The notes under the pieces: generated by a model
The model's database searches: none
The model's input: the letters and a program-made list of their open reading frames with translations, nothing else
Told to the model about the DNA's origin: nothing
Translations under genes and position numbers: made by a program
Shown here: piece by piece, positions 1 to 12,421 of the stretch
Numbering within the stretch: the first letter of the stretch is position 1
Layout: each line of letters opens with the position of its first letter
Source of the DNA: Octopus sinensis
Taxonomy: Eukaryota
Assembly: GCF_006345805.1 (NCBI RefSeq)
Contig: NC_043006.1
Span: forward strand, 11,160,001 to 11,224,000
Direction: 5' to 3'
Length of the DNA: 64,000 nt

Positions 1-58
1 CGCCAAGAAACCCGGGAAACCGGCCCTTATGAGCCAGCCATTGCTCGAGAAGGAACAA
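1..58 (+). mobile_element. 3' tail of a tRNA-derived SINE (tail 3), cut by the window edge
   Basis: gaaacccgggaaaccggcccttatgagcc resembles the tail at 35900-35950. Confidence 0.55.
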
Positions 59-895
59 ACAAACGAGTATGCCAGTAAAAAATTTTATTTTCGAAAATAT
101 TGCAATTTGGACTGATATCAAACAAAAAAGATTGCATTCAATCAGTCTTGCTATTGTAGTCGAAGGAAGAGATTTACAGTTAAGTTGGTGATAAGCGGAT
201 CTTCTTGGCAATAAAACTAGATTCCTGTGTTACGTTCTTGCCTATTGCTGCTCGAATATAATAAGTAAGTAAATTGGTTTTGTAAACCAGAGAAATTCCA
301 AGATTTTTACTTTTCTCTTCAGAATACAATGCGAAGCAATTTGAGGAAAGAATTTCTTCCTAAAAGAATTATTGTACTTGAATACTTCATTGTTGGTTCA
401 TTTTCATTTTTCGCTATCGTTTCTCGCTGTTCGCTGAGATGGCTTTTGTCATTTTAGATCTTCATTTGATGAAGGTTTTAGCTTAATATCGGTGAGTCTC
501 TCTCTATCTACATCGTTTCAATGATTAAGGAATGAAAGTCAGGAAAAAAAAATACATTCATAGACATACAAAGATACGGATGCACACACGCACACAGAAA
601 CACACACTCACACACACAAAGTAATACGAAGAATTCAGAAGATAATAAATAAGGTGTTATAATGAACTCCGAAATTTAATCACCTTAAAATTTGTTATAA
701 AGTAAAACTGGAGCTTTCTAATAACCACGGACAATAAACATACATACATGTGCCCTCAGACCCATATATACTCTCAACAAATATAGATACACCTATTCAT
801 ATACTTCTAGGTGCGTTACCACCAACAATTATCTGGATAGAAAAAAGCAGGAAATTATTATTATTATTGATGTTGTTGTTGTTGTTGTCGTCGTT

Positions 896-1128
896 GAGTG
901 AGTGAGTGAGTGAGAGAGCAATGCATGCCATTAAAGTGACACAGGGGTAAAATATACGAAGCCCAGTATACCTATCATGACTACCTGTCTGATAAGAGTA
1001 CACCAAGCACATGCCTCACAATCATATGTGCGCGACATGGTAATCTCATATCAAGATAAACAGCGCATGACCTTGCAAGTGGGGCCAAGTTGGAATTTTC
1101 TTTAGGTCGAGTAGCCCATTTCTGCTCA
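896..1128 (-). mobile_element. 3' part of non-coding element N, fused to a Dong-like LINE
   Basis: Matches 54574-54800, 57646-57870 and 21520-21735. Ends in a CAA/AAT tract at 860-895. Confidence 0.8.
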
Positions 1129-4090
1129 TATCCCAGAGTAGGTTGCTTTCTTATTTTCTGTGACCTTTCTCTGGTGCGTGCCTATACCATCTTTTTTTCT
1201 GTTGTTATTCCAGTGTTGGCATAGTTCCCAGTGAATATAGGTCCCAACTCTGTCATGTCTGGGAATATATTCCTTCTTAGTCAGGACTGGGCAGCCAGAG
1301 ACAATATGATTTATTGTTCTATCTCCATTTACACATATTCTGCAGTCACTTGTATTTCTTTTCATTACATGTTTTTGGTAATTTCTGGTGGGGAGGCTTT
1401 GATCTTTTGCTGTAATTAAAAACCCTTGAGTCTCTGCTTTGAGTCCTGGGCTTCTCAGTCATTGTTGGGATTTTGCTTTGTCTATTACTTTTCTGTTTAG
1501 CTTAACCTAGAATATGACATGAAGGGGCTTTTCTTGCCATCGTTTTATCATGATCCATTGCTGTTTTAGTTTGGATTTCAGTTGTTTTACAGCTTTTGTT
1601 GTTCCTTCTTTTTCTTCACAGTTGTTAGGTACTATGAATATCTTAGTACCTAACAACTATGACTTCTTTTTTGTATTCGTTAGCTTCCTTAAAGACTGAA
1701 AACAGCTTTCAGTTCCGATCGTGATTTGTCACTATCTGTATTAGTTTTCCTTGCTTCTGAAGTAGGTATTTCAGCAGTTCTGTAGGGGTCATTTTGTAAT
1801 AGTTTTCTAGCTATATAAGGCCTTTACTAACTTCGACACTTTGTATATATAATCTTTCTATGTCAGATTTTGGATTGTGCATCCTAAATCCTGTCATTAT
1901 TTTTCTTGTTTTCCTGTCTAGTTTGATTAGTTCCTTTAGTTAAGAATATTGTAGCTGCAACTTATAACTGAGACGAGTAGAGTTTTGATACCTATTATCT
2001 TGTTTTTCGCATTGAGCTCTGTTTTCAGTATTAATCTAACTCGTCTATAGTATTCTTTATTCTTTCTTATCTTCTCTTTTATTTGTGTTTGTTGTACCGT
2101 ATCTAGTTCATTGATTCCTAAGTATTTGTATGTCTGGCTTTGATCTAATTCTCATATTTCATTTAATTTATCTAGTGTGATGTTGCTACTCTTAACTAGT
2201 TTTCTTCTTTTCAAGGCTGCTTTGACACATTTTTCTAAGCCAAATTTCATGTTTATTTCTTTAGTAAATCCATGTACAGTCTGTAGCAATGTTTCCAGCT
2301 GTTTATCATTTGTAGCGTACAGTATTAGATCATCCATATATAAGCGGTGGCTGATTACTTTGCCATAACAGTTGTATCCACATCCCATTCTTTTTAGCAT
2401 ATCAGATAAAAGCGTCAGTGCCAAGTAGAAAAGGAGTGGAGAGAGCGTGTCACCCTGGAATATTCCTCTTCTAATGGGGATGGCTTTGGTTTTTATGAGT
2501 CCCTCATTTGCCAAGGGCTGTAGCACTGTCTGTCATTTATTCATGGAATGTGTTATATATTTTATGATTATTGGTACTACCTTGTTCATGGCTAGTATTT
2601 CTAGGATCCATGTGTGGGGAATACTATCAAAATCCTTTCAGTAACCAATGCAGTCGATACTGAAACCCTTCTTATTTCTGTGGCTGTCTTCAGTTATGGC
2701 TTTATTGATCAGTAGCTTATCTTTACAGCCGTATGAGCCCTTGCAGCATCCCTTCTGCTCTTCTGGAAACAGGTTTTCTTCCGGTTGTTTGATCATCTTC
2801 TGCGATATTATTGCAGTAAAGGCTTTGTAAATTGTACGGAAACAAGTTATCGTTATGTAATTCAGTGGGTTTGCCGTTTCAGTGAATTTGAGAATTAGGA
2901 TAGTTTTTCCTTCCGTGAGCCATTCAGGCATTGCCTCTGCCTGCTAGTATTTCATTAAATTTTTCAGTCAGCTGGTATTTTAACCAGCTGGGGATCTTGT
3001 CGTGCCCGGGTGCCTTCCAGTTGCTAAAGTTTTTGCAGTGCCTGGGTGATCTCTTCAGATGTTCTATGGGCCCAGGGTTATTCAGGTGCTGAGTTCGTTA
3101 TTTTGATAGATCTTTGCCAAGGTTGTTCCTTTTCCGGCCGTATTTCTTTCCAAAATTCTTACATTTCTTCTGCTGTTGGTGCTGCATTGATCTCTATTTT
3201 ATTTTTGCCAAGTTCTTGGTAGAATCTTTTGGAGTTGGAGATGAACTGCTTGTTGTTTTGTTCAAAGAAACATTGGCGCTTCTCATATCGGCGGATTCTT
3301 TGTTCTTTGGTTTAAGATATCTTGATTTAGCTGTCGTTTTACCTCAGGTACGCCTTGTTCTGTAATTTTGTTTTCAAGTAATATCTTTCTTCTCTTCTTA
3401 TTTCTTAGTAGCGTTGATTGTCTACTAGTTTCGTTAAGGATTGACATATCCTTTCTCTTATTCTTTTTCTGGATAGTATTTATCTACATGGTTTGTTTGG
3501 GTGTTGATACTCCAGTTTGGCTCGGTTTCAGGGGGTATCCAGCTCTTTTCGTGGCCACAGAGGCTGCTGCACATATGATATCATTTAACCAGTTCATGTT
3601 GACATTTGTTTATGTGGCTATTATTTCTGTGACGACCAGGTTCATGCTTCTTATTATGGATGCTATTTTAGTATCAATTTTAAGTGATGTTCCTGTCTAG
3701 ATGGGTTTTAGTGGGTATCCAGCTTCTTTTGTGGCTACAGAGGCTGCTGCATATATTATATCATTTAGCCTGGTCATATTGACATTTATCGCTATTAGTT
3801 CTGTGATGGCCAGGTTCATGCCATTTATTATTGATGTTTTATTATCAATTTTAATTTTTGGGAAGTACAATCGGTGGTCCATGCTGAGATCTGTGGCTTT
3901 CAATTCTTTGATTACTACGGTGTCAGCTGTTCACTACCAGTGAACTAAGGTAACACCCCTTATTTTACGAGTACCTTTCGAAGTATTCGAGCAGTTCCAA
4001 GCAGTGCTGTTTTCTGCAAGTGCTCCGCCCTCATTGTAGCCCCTATTTGTTCCATGTACTTCTCAAGATACTTGTTCCATGTACTTCTCA
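1127..4090 (-). pseudogene. R4/Dong-like non-LTR retrotransposon (Dong-A), near full length, decayed
   Basis: Frameshifted pieces: N-terminal LNDIIYAAASVAT; GCCKGSYGCKDKLLINKA; RT motifs RGIFQGDTLSPLLF, LYMDDL, FGLEKC; CCHC knuckle CRIC..HIVSGC..RHDRVG. Truncated just before the REL nuclease. 5' end abuts (ATT)n at 4093. Confidence 0.9.
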
Positions 4091-4092
4091 AA

Positions 4093-4107
4093 TTATTATC
4101 ATCATCA

Positions 4108-4168
<61 letters not shown>

Positions 4169-4190
4169 CTTTATTATTATCTTTATTTTA
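4093..4190. repeat. (ATT)n microsatellite between two Dong-like elements
   Basis: Direct reading. Confidence 0.95.
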
Positions 4191-4199
4191 TTTTATTTT

Positions 4200-4580
4200 T
4201 TGTTCATGAGTTATCTTTCACATCTCAGTTCCTTCCTGCAGCTTAGAGATGCAACCCTTTCCTCAAAACTGATGTTGTTCCCAATATCGCTGCCAACTGT
4301 GTACTTCCTATGAAGTTTTATACGTGCAGTTGTTCAAGCAATAATATTGTTTTCTTTGAGGTGCACCAAATTGCACAGATCACGACAGGTGTCACACGCA
4401 CTTTTGAGGATCGCTGGATGCGCTTCACATCCAGTGCCAGGTATTGGTACTTTCCGACTTCCTCGTTTTCTATCTTCGCAATATTCTGGTCTGCAGGTAT
4501 AGCAACGTAGATACAGGTCCATTTTTCTGGGCTCCTTCCGTGTGACAGCGATATGTGGTTGGCTATCTTGCAGCTTCTGG
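4200..4580 (-). pseudogene. 3' REL-endonuclease fragment of a third R4/Dong-like lineage (Dong-C)
   Basis: With one frameshift and one internal stop: PHIAVTRKEPR / KWTCIYVAIPADQNIAKIENEEVGKYQYLALDVKRIQRSSKVRVTPVVICAIW..STQLAAILGTTSVLRKGLHL*, followed by an (AAT)-rich tail. Confidence 0.75.
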
Positions 4581-5305
4581 GCGAACTGGCAGAATCGTTA
4601 GCTCACCGAGCAAAATGCTTAGAAATTAGTCGCCAATTTAACAAAATTATAACAAAAATTGTTGATGAGCAATCTTTATATGTTACGGAGATGTACTTGC
4701 ATAGCAAGTGATCTGATCTGAGATCATGTGCTGGAACGAAAACAATTGCAGCGTGGAAGGTGTTTATAAGCCATTTAAGAAACACACAAAAACCGTTCGA
4801 TTCACTTCAACATTTAAATTTAATTTGCCAAAATATTTTCGTCGCTTTGAGACCGCGACCTGTTCACTGACAAAACTCCGTGCTGCATCTTTATATGTTA
4901 ATAGCTAATATAAATGTTGGTTGCTTTCTCACTTTCTTGACTCACCAGTTGTCTTATACTGTATTGAGAGAATGGGAAAAGAGAAAGTAAAAGAGATATA
5001 CATAGAGAGTTAACATAAAGTGCGTAGGATAAGTGTACAGATGAACTTGGTGAGAGGCAATAAGAAAAGGAATTCTACACACATACACCCAGTGTGTAAA
5101 AAAGATTTACAGAAGCAGGGGGGAAAGAGGAGAGGGAATAAATGAGGGCTGTTAAAAGAGTTACAGAAATGAGAAATTTGTTGTATTTTATTTTAATTTA
5201 TTTCAAAATAATAAATATATTTTCTTTTTAAAATTAGTATTCGTCTCGTTATTTTGTAATAATCAGCAAGAAATTTAATAATGATTAAATTATAATTATC
5301 ATATA

Positions 5306-5699
5306 CTAGCAGTATCGCCAGGCGTTGCTCGGGTTTATTTCGACCCTTTAGAATTGGAATTTTTGAAAAGTAAAACTTCTGCATTATGTAGCTTGTTATT
5401 CTCTTAAAGTGAACATTTTTCTGGTTGAAATACACCGAAAAATGGCAACACAGCAGTCAAAAAATAGTTTAAAAAATAGGGATTTTCATAGAAAAAAAGC
5501 ACCATTTTGATGTAAAAAATATTTGGTGTTAACATGGTCCGATTTGAACTTTTTCTTCAACGAAAGGAAGAGCAAGCCTTCTTCTATCATACTCTCAATT
5601 TTGGTCAACTTGCGCCGCAGGGTCTCGGAGGAGATAGTGTTAGTTGAAAGCTACCAAGCCTGCCATAAACAGACAACTTCAGCTTTATATATAGAGAGA
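5306..5699 (-). mobile_element. Non-autonomous Helitron-type element
   Basis: On the minus strand it starts TC (a|tctctctatatataaagc) and ends CTAG|t at 5306-5309, with a GC-rich subterminal segment (cgccaggcgttgctcggg). Inserted between A and T; no TSD. Confidence 0.7.
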
Positions 5700-5903
5700 T
5701 ATGCAATATTTCCTGATATCGCCCATGATGGCAAAAGCATACTTCCAAAGTTACCTGTTACACTTCTAGTCATTAGAGTGTTTTGGAAAACCTGCGGCCC
5801 GCAGAATGGCACGCCAACAAATAATTACCTTGAAATTGTTTAGTAGTGGGAATCACCTGATGATCAACCATATGTAGGTGACATTATTTGCTGTTAAGTG
5901 ATA

Positions 5904-6845
5904 ATTACCTCCGCCAAGGAAGGAGGTTATGTTTTCATTGGTGTTGGTTTGTCCGTCTGTCCGTCTGTGTGCAAAATAACTCAAGAAGAGGTGAATGGTA
6001 TTTAATGAAACTTGCAGAAATAGTTAGTGATGACACAAGGAACAGATGATAAAATTTTGGTAGTGGTCTGGGAATTTTTATGGATTCTTGAAGGATTTTT
6101 CATTTGCTATATTTACTTTACATGAAGTATTAATGTTACTTTCTTTAATTATCTCCCTTGAGACCTCGTAACCTATGGTGGCGTTGCTGTTTCCAAACTT
6201 TTATTTTCCTTTCTCTAATAGTAATTTTACTCGTGTATCTATGGACTCTTGAGGGATTATTGATACTATACTGATCACAGAAGGATGTAAAGTAGGTAGG
6301 TAGATTTAGTATCGTAGGTAGACATATACCTCTTTTATCTTTACCAAGGAATCATCTGACCATCGTCCTTGGTAATTTCAACGTGGATCTCCTTGATTCC
6401 CCTAACCATGAGATCTTGACAACTATGAACCAGTTTGGGTTCGACCAACTAGTCCCAAAACCCACCAGCGACTATAGAAGGCTACTAGATCATGTTTACG
6501 TGAACCAGAATCGGCGTCCACAAGTCACCGTAACCGACTATTACTTTTCCGACTATGATGTTGTGTGTGCATCACTAAAGTTTTAGGTAATTGTGGGTTT
6601 CTTTTTAGTTGTATGGTGAAACTAGCTTGCTGTTGTCATTGATGTATTATAACTGCTCCAGATGATTCCTGTTTTAAAGGGGTTTTTTTTAAATAATATG
6701 GCTGTGTTATTTTTTAACCCTGCCAAGGAGGTTACGCTTTTGCCGGCCTTGGTTTGGGAAATTGGGCGATTTTCAGCATGCGTGTCTATGGGTGGAAATG
6801 AGCTGCTTGGCGGAGGTCTGCGCTCTCCGAGTGCTTTTCTTGTTT
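5904..6845 (+). mobile_element. Internally deleted Helentron (Helitron2-type, HINE/DINE-1-like)
   Basis: Subterminal inverted repeat ACCTCCGCCAAG (5907-5918) / CTTGGCGGAGGT (6806-6817); gtccgtctgtccgtctgt repeat near the 5' end; 3' hairpin gcgctctccgagtgc (6820-6834); T-rich end; internal endonuclease fragment. Confidence 0.8.
6344..6586 (+). pseudogene. C-terminal AP-endonuclease-like (EEP) fragment inside the Helentron
   Basis: PRNHLTIVLGNFNVDLL..QLVPKPTSDYRRLLDHVYVN..VTDYYFSDYDVVCASLKF*. Recognisable GDFN, LDH and SDH motifs, two of them altered (GNFN, SDY). Confidence 0.8.
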
Positions 6846-7794
6846 CTATATACTATGTTCGCTTTGTATCTTCTTCAGTGGAGAGAGTTTTACGTTGTAC
6901 GACCCGCCTAATTACGAGCCATATCTCATGCGGCCCGCTTCTGATAAAGCTGTTTCCATGCCTGCTTTAATGTATTAAGATTATTCATTCCTATAGACAG
7001 ATAATTATGGGTCTGGACACTCGTTCTGCATGTTAAATTAATGTATAGCGATTCAATTCTTGCAATTAAATAATAGTGACATGATTGTCATACAAAAAGT
7101 TTTAATTATCTCTTTATCAGCATCTAATTATGCATGGAAATTTAGTCAAAAGAAATGGATAATCAATCTATAGTTTGAACATGAAACAATGAAAAGCCCT
7201 TAAATTAAACTGTTGTAGTTATATCAGTTGTTATTTCTCAACCTGTCTGTTAATCTGGTTTACAGAGTACTCATAAATATGGCCGCTGCTGTTGGTAGCT
7301 TTTCTTCTTGCTTTTAACATTCTTTTTCTTTAGCAATTGAGCATAAAAGGTTTGGAGTTCTTTCACGTCAATGGCGGAAATAAACTGTCGTTAAATCATA
7401 AAAACAAGAAGGAAATTCTTACAGATGGTGTCGGCATTACGTTTTGTTTGGATTTTTTCTTCTTTTTTTTTTCCTTATAGTTTTATTGCTGTAATCTTCC
7501 TACGCACTTGAACGAACAGGGACATTTTGAAAATAGGAAATATTTAGCAAAGATTTCAGTGAAAACCTGCAGTAATAGGAGATTTCGTAACTGGCACAGA
7601 ACTGTTTTATAACTTAGAATTATGTCGATTTATGTTTTATTTCACTTGAGTAAATCTAACCATTAAAGTTGTCTGATTTATGCAGAAGTGATGCGGTAAT
7701 CGATAGTTTGGCGAATAGAAGCCATAGAAACCGAACAATAACAACAATTCTCGAACGATTCTCTTTTATACCACGAGAATGATTTACTGGATCA

Positions 7795-8080
7795 CACACA
7801 CACACACACACACATACACTATATACATATATGTGTGTGTTTGTGTATACATATATATGTATGTATGTGTGTGTATGTATACATATATATGTATGTGTGT
7901 GTATGTATACATATATATGTATGTGTGTGTATGTATACGTATATATGTATGTATACATATATATGTATGTATGCATATATATGTATGTATACGTATATAT
8001 GTATGTATGCATATATATATATGTATGTGTGTGTGTATGTATTTCTATCTATGTGTATATGTGTGCGTGTACGTGTGTGC
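7795..8080. repeat. Compound CA/TA/TG microsatellite with ~28-bp and ~18-bp higher-order units
   Basis: gtgtgtgtatgtatacatatatatgtat repeated, then gtatacgtatatatgtat-like units. Confidence 0.9.
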
Positions 8081-8564
8081 AATGTGACAGCTGAATTAGT
8101 GAGATTAGAATGTCTCTCGAACTGAATGAAGACTCTCCCAGCTGTTGACAGGCCAGTTTAGCCACGTATATGAAACTCTAGTGGAATTATTTTTCGATAG
8201 ATTATGTAACCAGAGACGACGATAACTCAGAGGTTTTACTTTTAGAACTTTATTCTAAATACTGTCCATTGATAAACAATATTAGCTGCTTTGAATGCCA
8301 CAGAAAGAAAAATATAGCTAATATAATACAAATAAAGCTATTAAGATTGGAGAGTAAGTAATGACATGCATACACAGGCGGCATTTAGATCTCGTTAAAG
8401 TTTCGGCTATACGCAGTAAAATTCGTATTGTGTATTTATGTAGGTGGCAGTAGTTGCTATCATGGGACAATTTCTGTTATATTATGTTCGTTTTGTACCT
8501 CATTTCATTGGAGAGCGCTTTACGTTCATTCAGTTTATTTTGATGTTGCAGTTTAGTAGCAGTA

Positions 8565-8611
8565 ATAATAATAACAGTAATAATAATAACAGTAATAATA
8601 ATAATAATAAC

Positions 8612-8649
<38 letters not shown>

Positions 8650-8969
8650 TAATAATAATACGTTCAGCTAAACTTTCATTGACATTCCTATAGTTTTCTG
8701 TAGAAATGAAACGTCTCTACGTTTGGTTGTCTATCAACTCATTCACACTGAGAGCTAAGGATAAAGATAGATAGATATACATACATACATAAACAGATAT
8801 ACATATATATATATATATGTATACATAAATATATATATGCATACATACATATATACATATATATGTGTACATAAATATATATGAATATATATATGTATAT
8901 TTATTTATATATATATGTGTGTATATGTATTTATATATATACGTATATATATGTATATATATTCATATA

Positions 8970-9008
<39 letters not shown>

Positions 9009-9082
9009 TATATGTATATATATATATGTATAAATATATATATGTATGTATATATATTATACATATATATGTATATATATTT

Positions 9083-9123
<41 letters not shown>

Positions 9124-9194
9124 CAAAATACCTCGTTGCAAAAATCTGAAGAAGAAATCAGAGTAGTAACCTTACTAACAAGTATAGTTAAACA

Positions 9195-9269
<75 letters not shown>

Positions 9270-9535
9270 AACACACACAGACACATACACACACACACAT
9301 ATCAACAAGGGTTAGAAAAGGCATATATATATACTTTCATACATACAGTCATGCATAAATGCATACACACACACACACATAGATACATACATACATACAT
9401 ACATACATACATACATACATACATACATACATGCATACAAACATACATACAAGTAAGTAGGTAGGTATGCAGACAAGCTAGTAGGCAAGGAGACAGGCGT
9501 GCAGGTAGATATATATATATATATATACATACATA
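8565..9535. repeat. Microsatellite block: (AAT)n, long (TA)n, (CA)n, (TACA)n
   Basis: Direct reading; explains the IY/YI-rich ORFs. Confidence 0.95.
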
Positions 9536-9645
9536 CATTCTTGCCAACAATTAATATATATAAAAATAATTATTTGTTGCAAATCTTGATTAATGGCGTA
9601 AAATAAAATTAATTTTTTTCCCTCTTTCAGCGTTTCTTTCGCTAG

Positions 9646-9845
9646 TTAATATTCTCTAATCCATTCAGACAGTTTAATATCCTCCACGTTTCTGCGACTC
9701 GTTAATATCCCCTAAACCAATGCGACAGTTTAATCATCTCTGAATGTATTGTTAATATCCTACAAAACATTCAGACTATTTTAATATCCGACGAAATTCT
9801 GCTACCACTCAATATCCTCAAATCCAGGCTGGTTGTTAAATAGCT
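9646..9845. repeat. Degenerate ~28-bp tandem repeat
   Basis: TTAATATCC-like core at 9646, 9674, 9702, 9730, 9752, 9781, 9809. Confidence 0.65.
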
Positions 9846-10118
9846 TCTAAATCTCTTTCACTTTGTCGTTTAAACATTTGAGGTTATTTGAAATGTTTCT
9901 AACTTTCTAAGTGCTGCCAATATATTTCATCAGGATCTGTACAACATATGGTCCCAAACTATGTATGCCCTGTAGTCAAATACAAATCATTCTGTCAGAC
10001 TATTTATTGCATTATTTCTTAAAATTCAATAAGTTAAATGCTAGTAATATATGAGAGTCGATTCATTTGACTGATAATTAACCCTCCTTTCTCTTTCTCT
10101 TTCCTTCTCTCTCTTTCC

Positions 10119-10149
<31 letters not shown>

Positions 10150-10724
10150 GCTTTCTCTCTCTCTCCCTTTTGTAGAAGGAAAAGCTGTAGATATTTCTCA
10201 GAAATATACTGATGACGAGCACAAGATTAAATAACTAACAGAGTGCCGGTGTGGCTATGTGGTTAAAAAGTTCGCTTTACAGCTTGGAAGTTTTTGAGTT
10301 CAATCCAAGCACGGTGCCTTGGGAACGTGTCGTCTACTATATAACCCAGGACAGATCAATGCCCTCGAAGTGGATTTGACAAATGGAAACTTTGGAATCT
10401 CTTTGTATGTGTGTGTTCGTACATGTGTAATGAGGCGGTGCTTGCGCTAAGTTCAGAGTAAAGAATCGCTTCGGTTCAACAGTCATCAGTGTCGAATGAC
10501 ATCTGCTAAAACGCAGTTCAATTTTTGTAAGAAATTCTGTTCGTATTTGTTTTTTCGTATTGCACTGCGATGGTACTTAAAACTTAACCGTTTATACAGG
10601 TTGCGATCGAACTCCCACCACCACCACCATAATTTACTCAGTAATTGGTTGACACTAGTAAAATTAAGTTGATGGGTACGTTGCCTTATTGTAGCCAATG
10701 TTTTATATATTATATTTGCAGTAT

Positions 10725-11140
10725 AGGCGCAGGAGTGGCTGTGTGGTAAGTAGCTTGCTAACCAACCACATGGTTCCGGGTTCAGTCCCACTGCGTGGCA
10801 ACTTGGGCAAGTGTCTTCTGCTATAGCCTCGGGCCGACCAATGCCTTGTGAGTGGATTTGGTAGACAGAAACTGAAAGAAGCCCGTCGTATGTATGTATA
10901 TATATGTGTGTGTGCACATGTTTGTGTGTCTCTGTTTGCCCCCCTAGCATTGCTTGACAACCGATGCTGGTGTGTTCATGTCCCCGTTACCTAGCGGTTC
11001 GGCAAAAGAGACCGATAGAATAAGTACTGGGCTTACAAAAGAATAAGTCCCAGGGTCGAGTTACTCGATTAAAGGCGGTGCTCCAGCATGGCCGCAGTCA
11101 AATAACTGAAACAAGTAAAAGAGTAAAAGAGAGTAAAGAG
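10725..11140 (+). mobile_element. tRNA-derived SINE, family M (Meta-domain-like core), full length
   Basis: Head aggcgcaggagtggctgtgtggtaag..ggttcagtccc; core gccttgtgagtggatttggtagacagaaactgaaagaagcccgtcg; internal TA/TG tract; (GTAAAAGA)n tail. The Meta-domain assignment is from memory. Confidence 0.85.
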
Positions 11141-11408
11141 TATGTGCTAGTGCACAACATTCGATTGCCTGCAAACGTCACGTTTGCCAAAAACTTGAAA
11201 GGGAAGTTCACAAACGTTCCATCAGCTAACGCACAGTGTGCGCCGATCCTCAACGAGATGGAAACTAGAAAAATAGATAGAATAGAATATTAGAATATTA
11301 GCCACATGAAGACACTAATGCCACCTGGCTAATTTCATTAGCCAGTATGTATTGAAACAACAAAGTGGAAGACTATTCCGCCTTACATGTATTTCACATA
11401 TGCATATA

Positions 11409-11530
11409 TCACCGTGATCACCGTGACCGACCAGGCTATCAGATGTTGTTACACATCGCTGGTCACAATGCGCTTCGCATTGCTTTAGCCTTCAAAGGAC
11501 GCCACCCCACTGGCTAAGCGAGCAGGCCAA
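11409..11530 (-). mobile_element. 5'-truncated SINE (tail 2 only)
   Basis: Matches 28230-28348 in reverse. Confidence 0.75.
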
Positions 11531-11534
11531 TATG

Positions 11535-11565
<31 letters not shown>

Positions 11566-11614
11566 ATGATATCGAGGTCTCTTTCATTCTTTTATTGTCT
11601 TACCATTTTTATCA

Positions 11615-11678
<64 letters not shown>

Positions 11679-11895
11679 TCTGTAGGGTATATGATACCAC
11701 TTGCTATAATCAGAGCCAATGCTCCCAAAACTACTGTAAACTCACGATAAAGACACACACGAACAATGCAATGAACATATGAGAAATAGGTTTACCTTTG
11801 CGTTGAATACATAAGTAAGTAATGTATATTTCAATGTCAGTTGCTTCCACACTTTGCATGACAAACATACTCTGCGATCTTCACTTGAAAATAAC

Positions 11896-11928
<33 letters not shown>

Positions 11929-11934
11929 CGTGCG

Positions 11935-11964
<30 letters not shown>

Positions 11965-11966
<2 letters not shown>

Positions 11967-12225
11967 TCACGTAACCAGCCAGGCTATCAGTTGTTGTTAC
12001 ACATAACTGGTCACAATGCGCTTTTGCATTGTTTTAGCCTTCCAATGACGCCATGCCGCTGGCTAGGCAAGAAGGCCAACATTCCCGTCTGATCGAAAGG
12101 GGGATTGAAGCAACGTATAATGAAGAGTTTTGCTCAAGAACACAACGCACCGCTCAATCAAGGAATCGAACCCACGATCAAGCGATCATGAATGCAAAAG
12201 CCCAACCACTAGGCTACGCACCTTC
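11965..12225 (-). mobile_element. tRNA-derived SINE, head B + tail 2
   Basis: Head (reverse) gcgtagcctagtggttgggc..ggttcgattcc..cttgagcaaaac joined to tail 2. Confidence 0.75.
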
Positions 12226-12281
12226 ACACACACACATACATACATACATGTATTGCCCTTTTTATATATCTACTACATATA

Positions 12282-12421
12282 TTAGGTTATCCCAAAAGTT
12301 CGTAAACACTTGCGAAAATTGAATTTTACTCGCCAAGTACTAACAAAAACAACAAAAATTATTCCTCAAAATAAAGACCATTATTTTCCAAGACTTTCTA
12401 CGAACTTTTGGGACAACCTTA
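12282..12421. mobile_element. Mariner-type MITE
   Basis: Terminal inverted repeats (TIRs) aggttatcccaaaagttcgta / tacgaacttttgggacaacct (21 bp, 1 mismatch) in TA context. Confidence 0.75.

Noticed and set aside
4680-4890. Possible hammerhead in a Penelope-like repeat (minus strand cagtgaacag-gtcgc..gcgac-gaaa)
   Set aside because: The core does not fit CUGANGA and there is no usable cleavage triplet. The family assignment could not be supported.
9611-9680. Strong acceptor-like tttttttccctctttcag as a missing receptor exon
   Set aside because: All three frames stop within ~30 nt and there is no receptor similarity.
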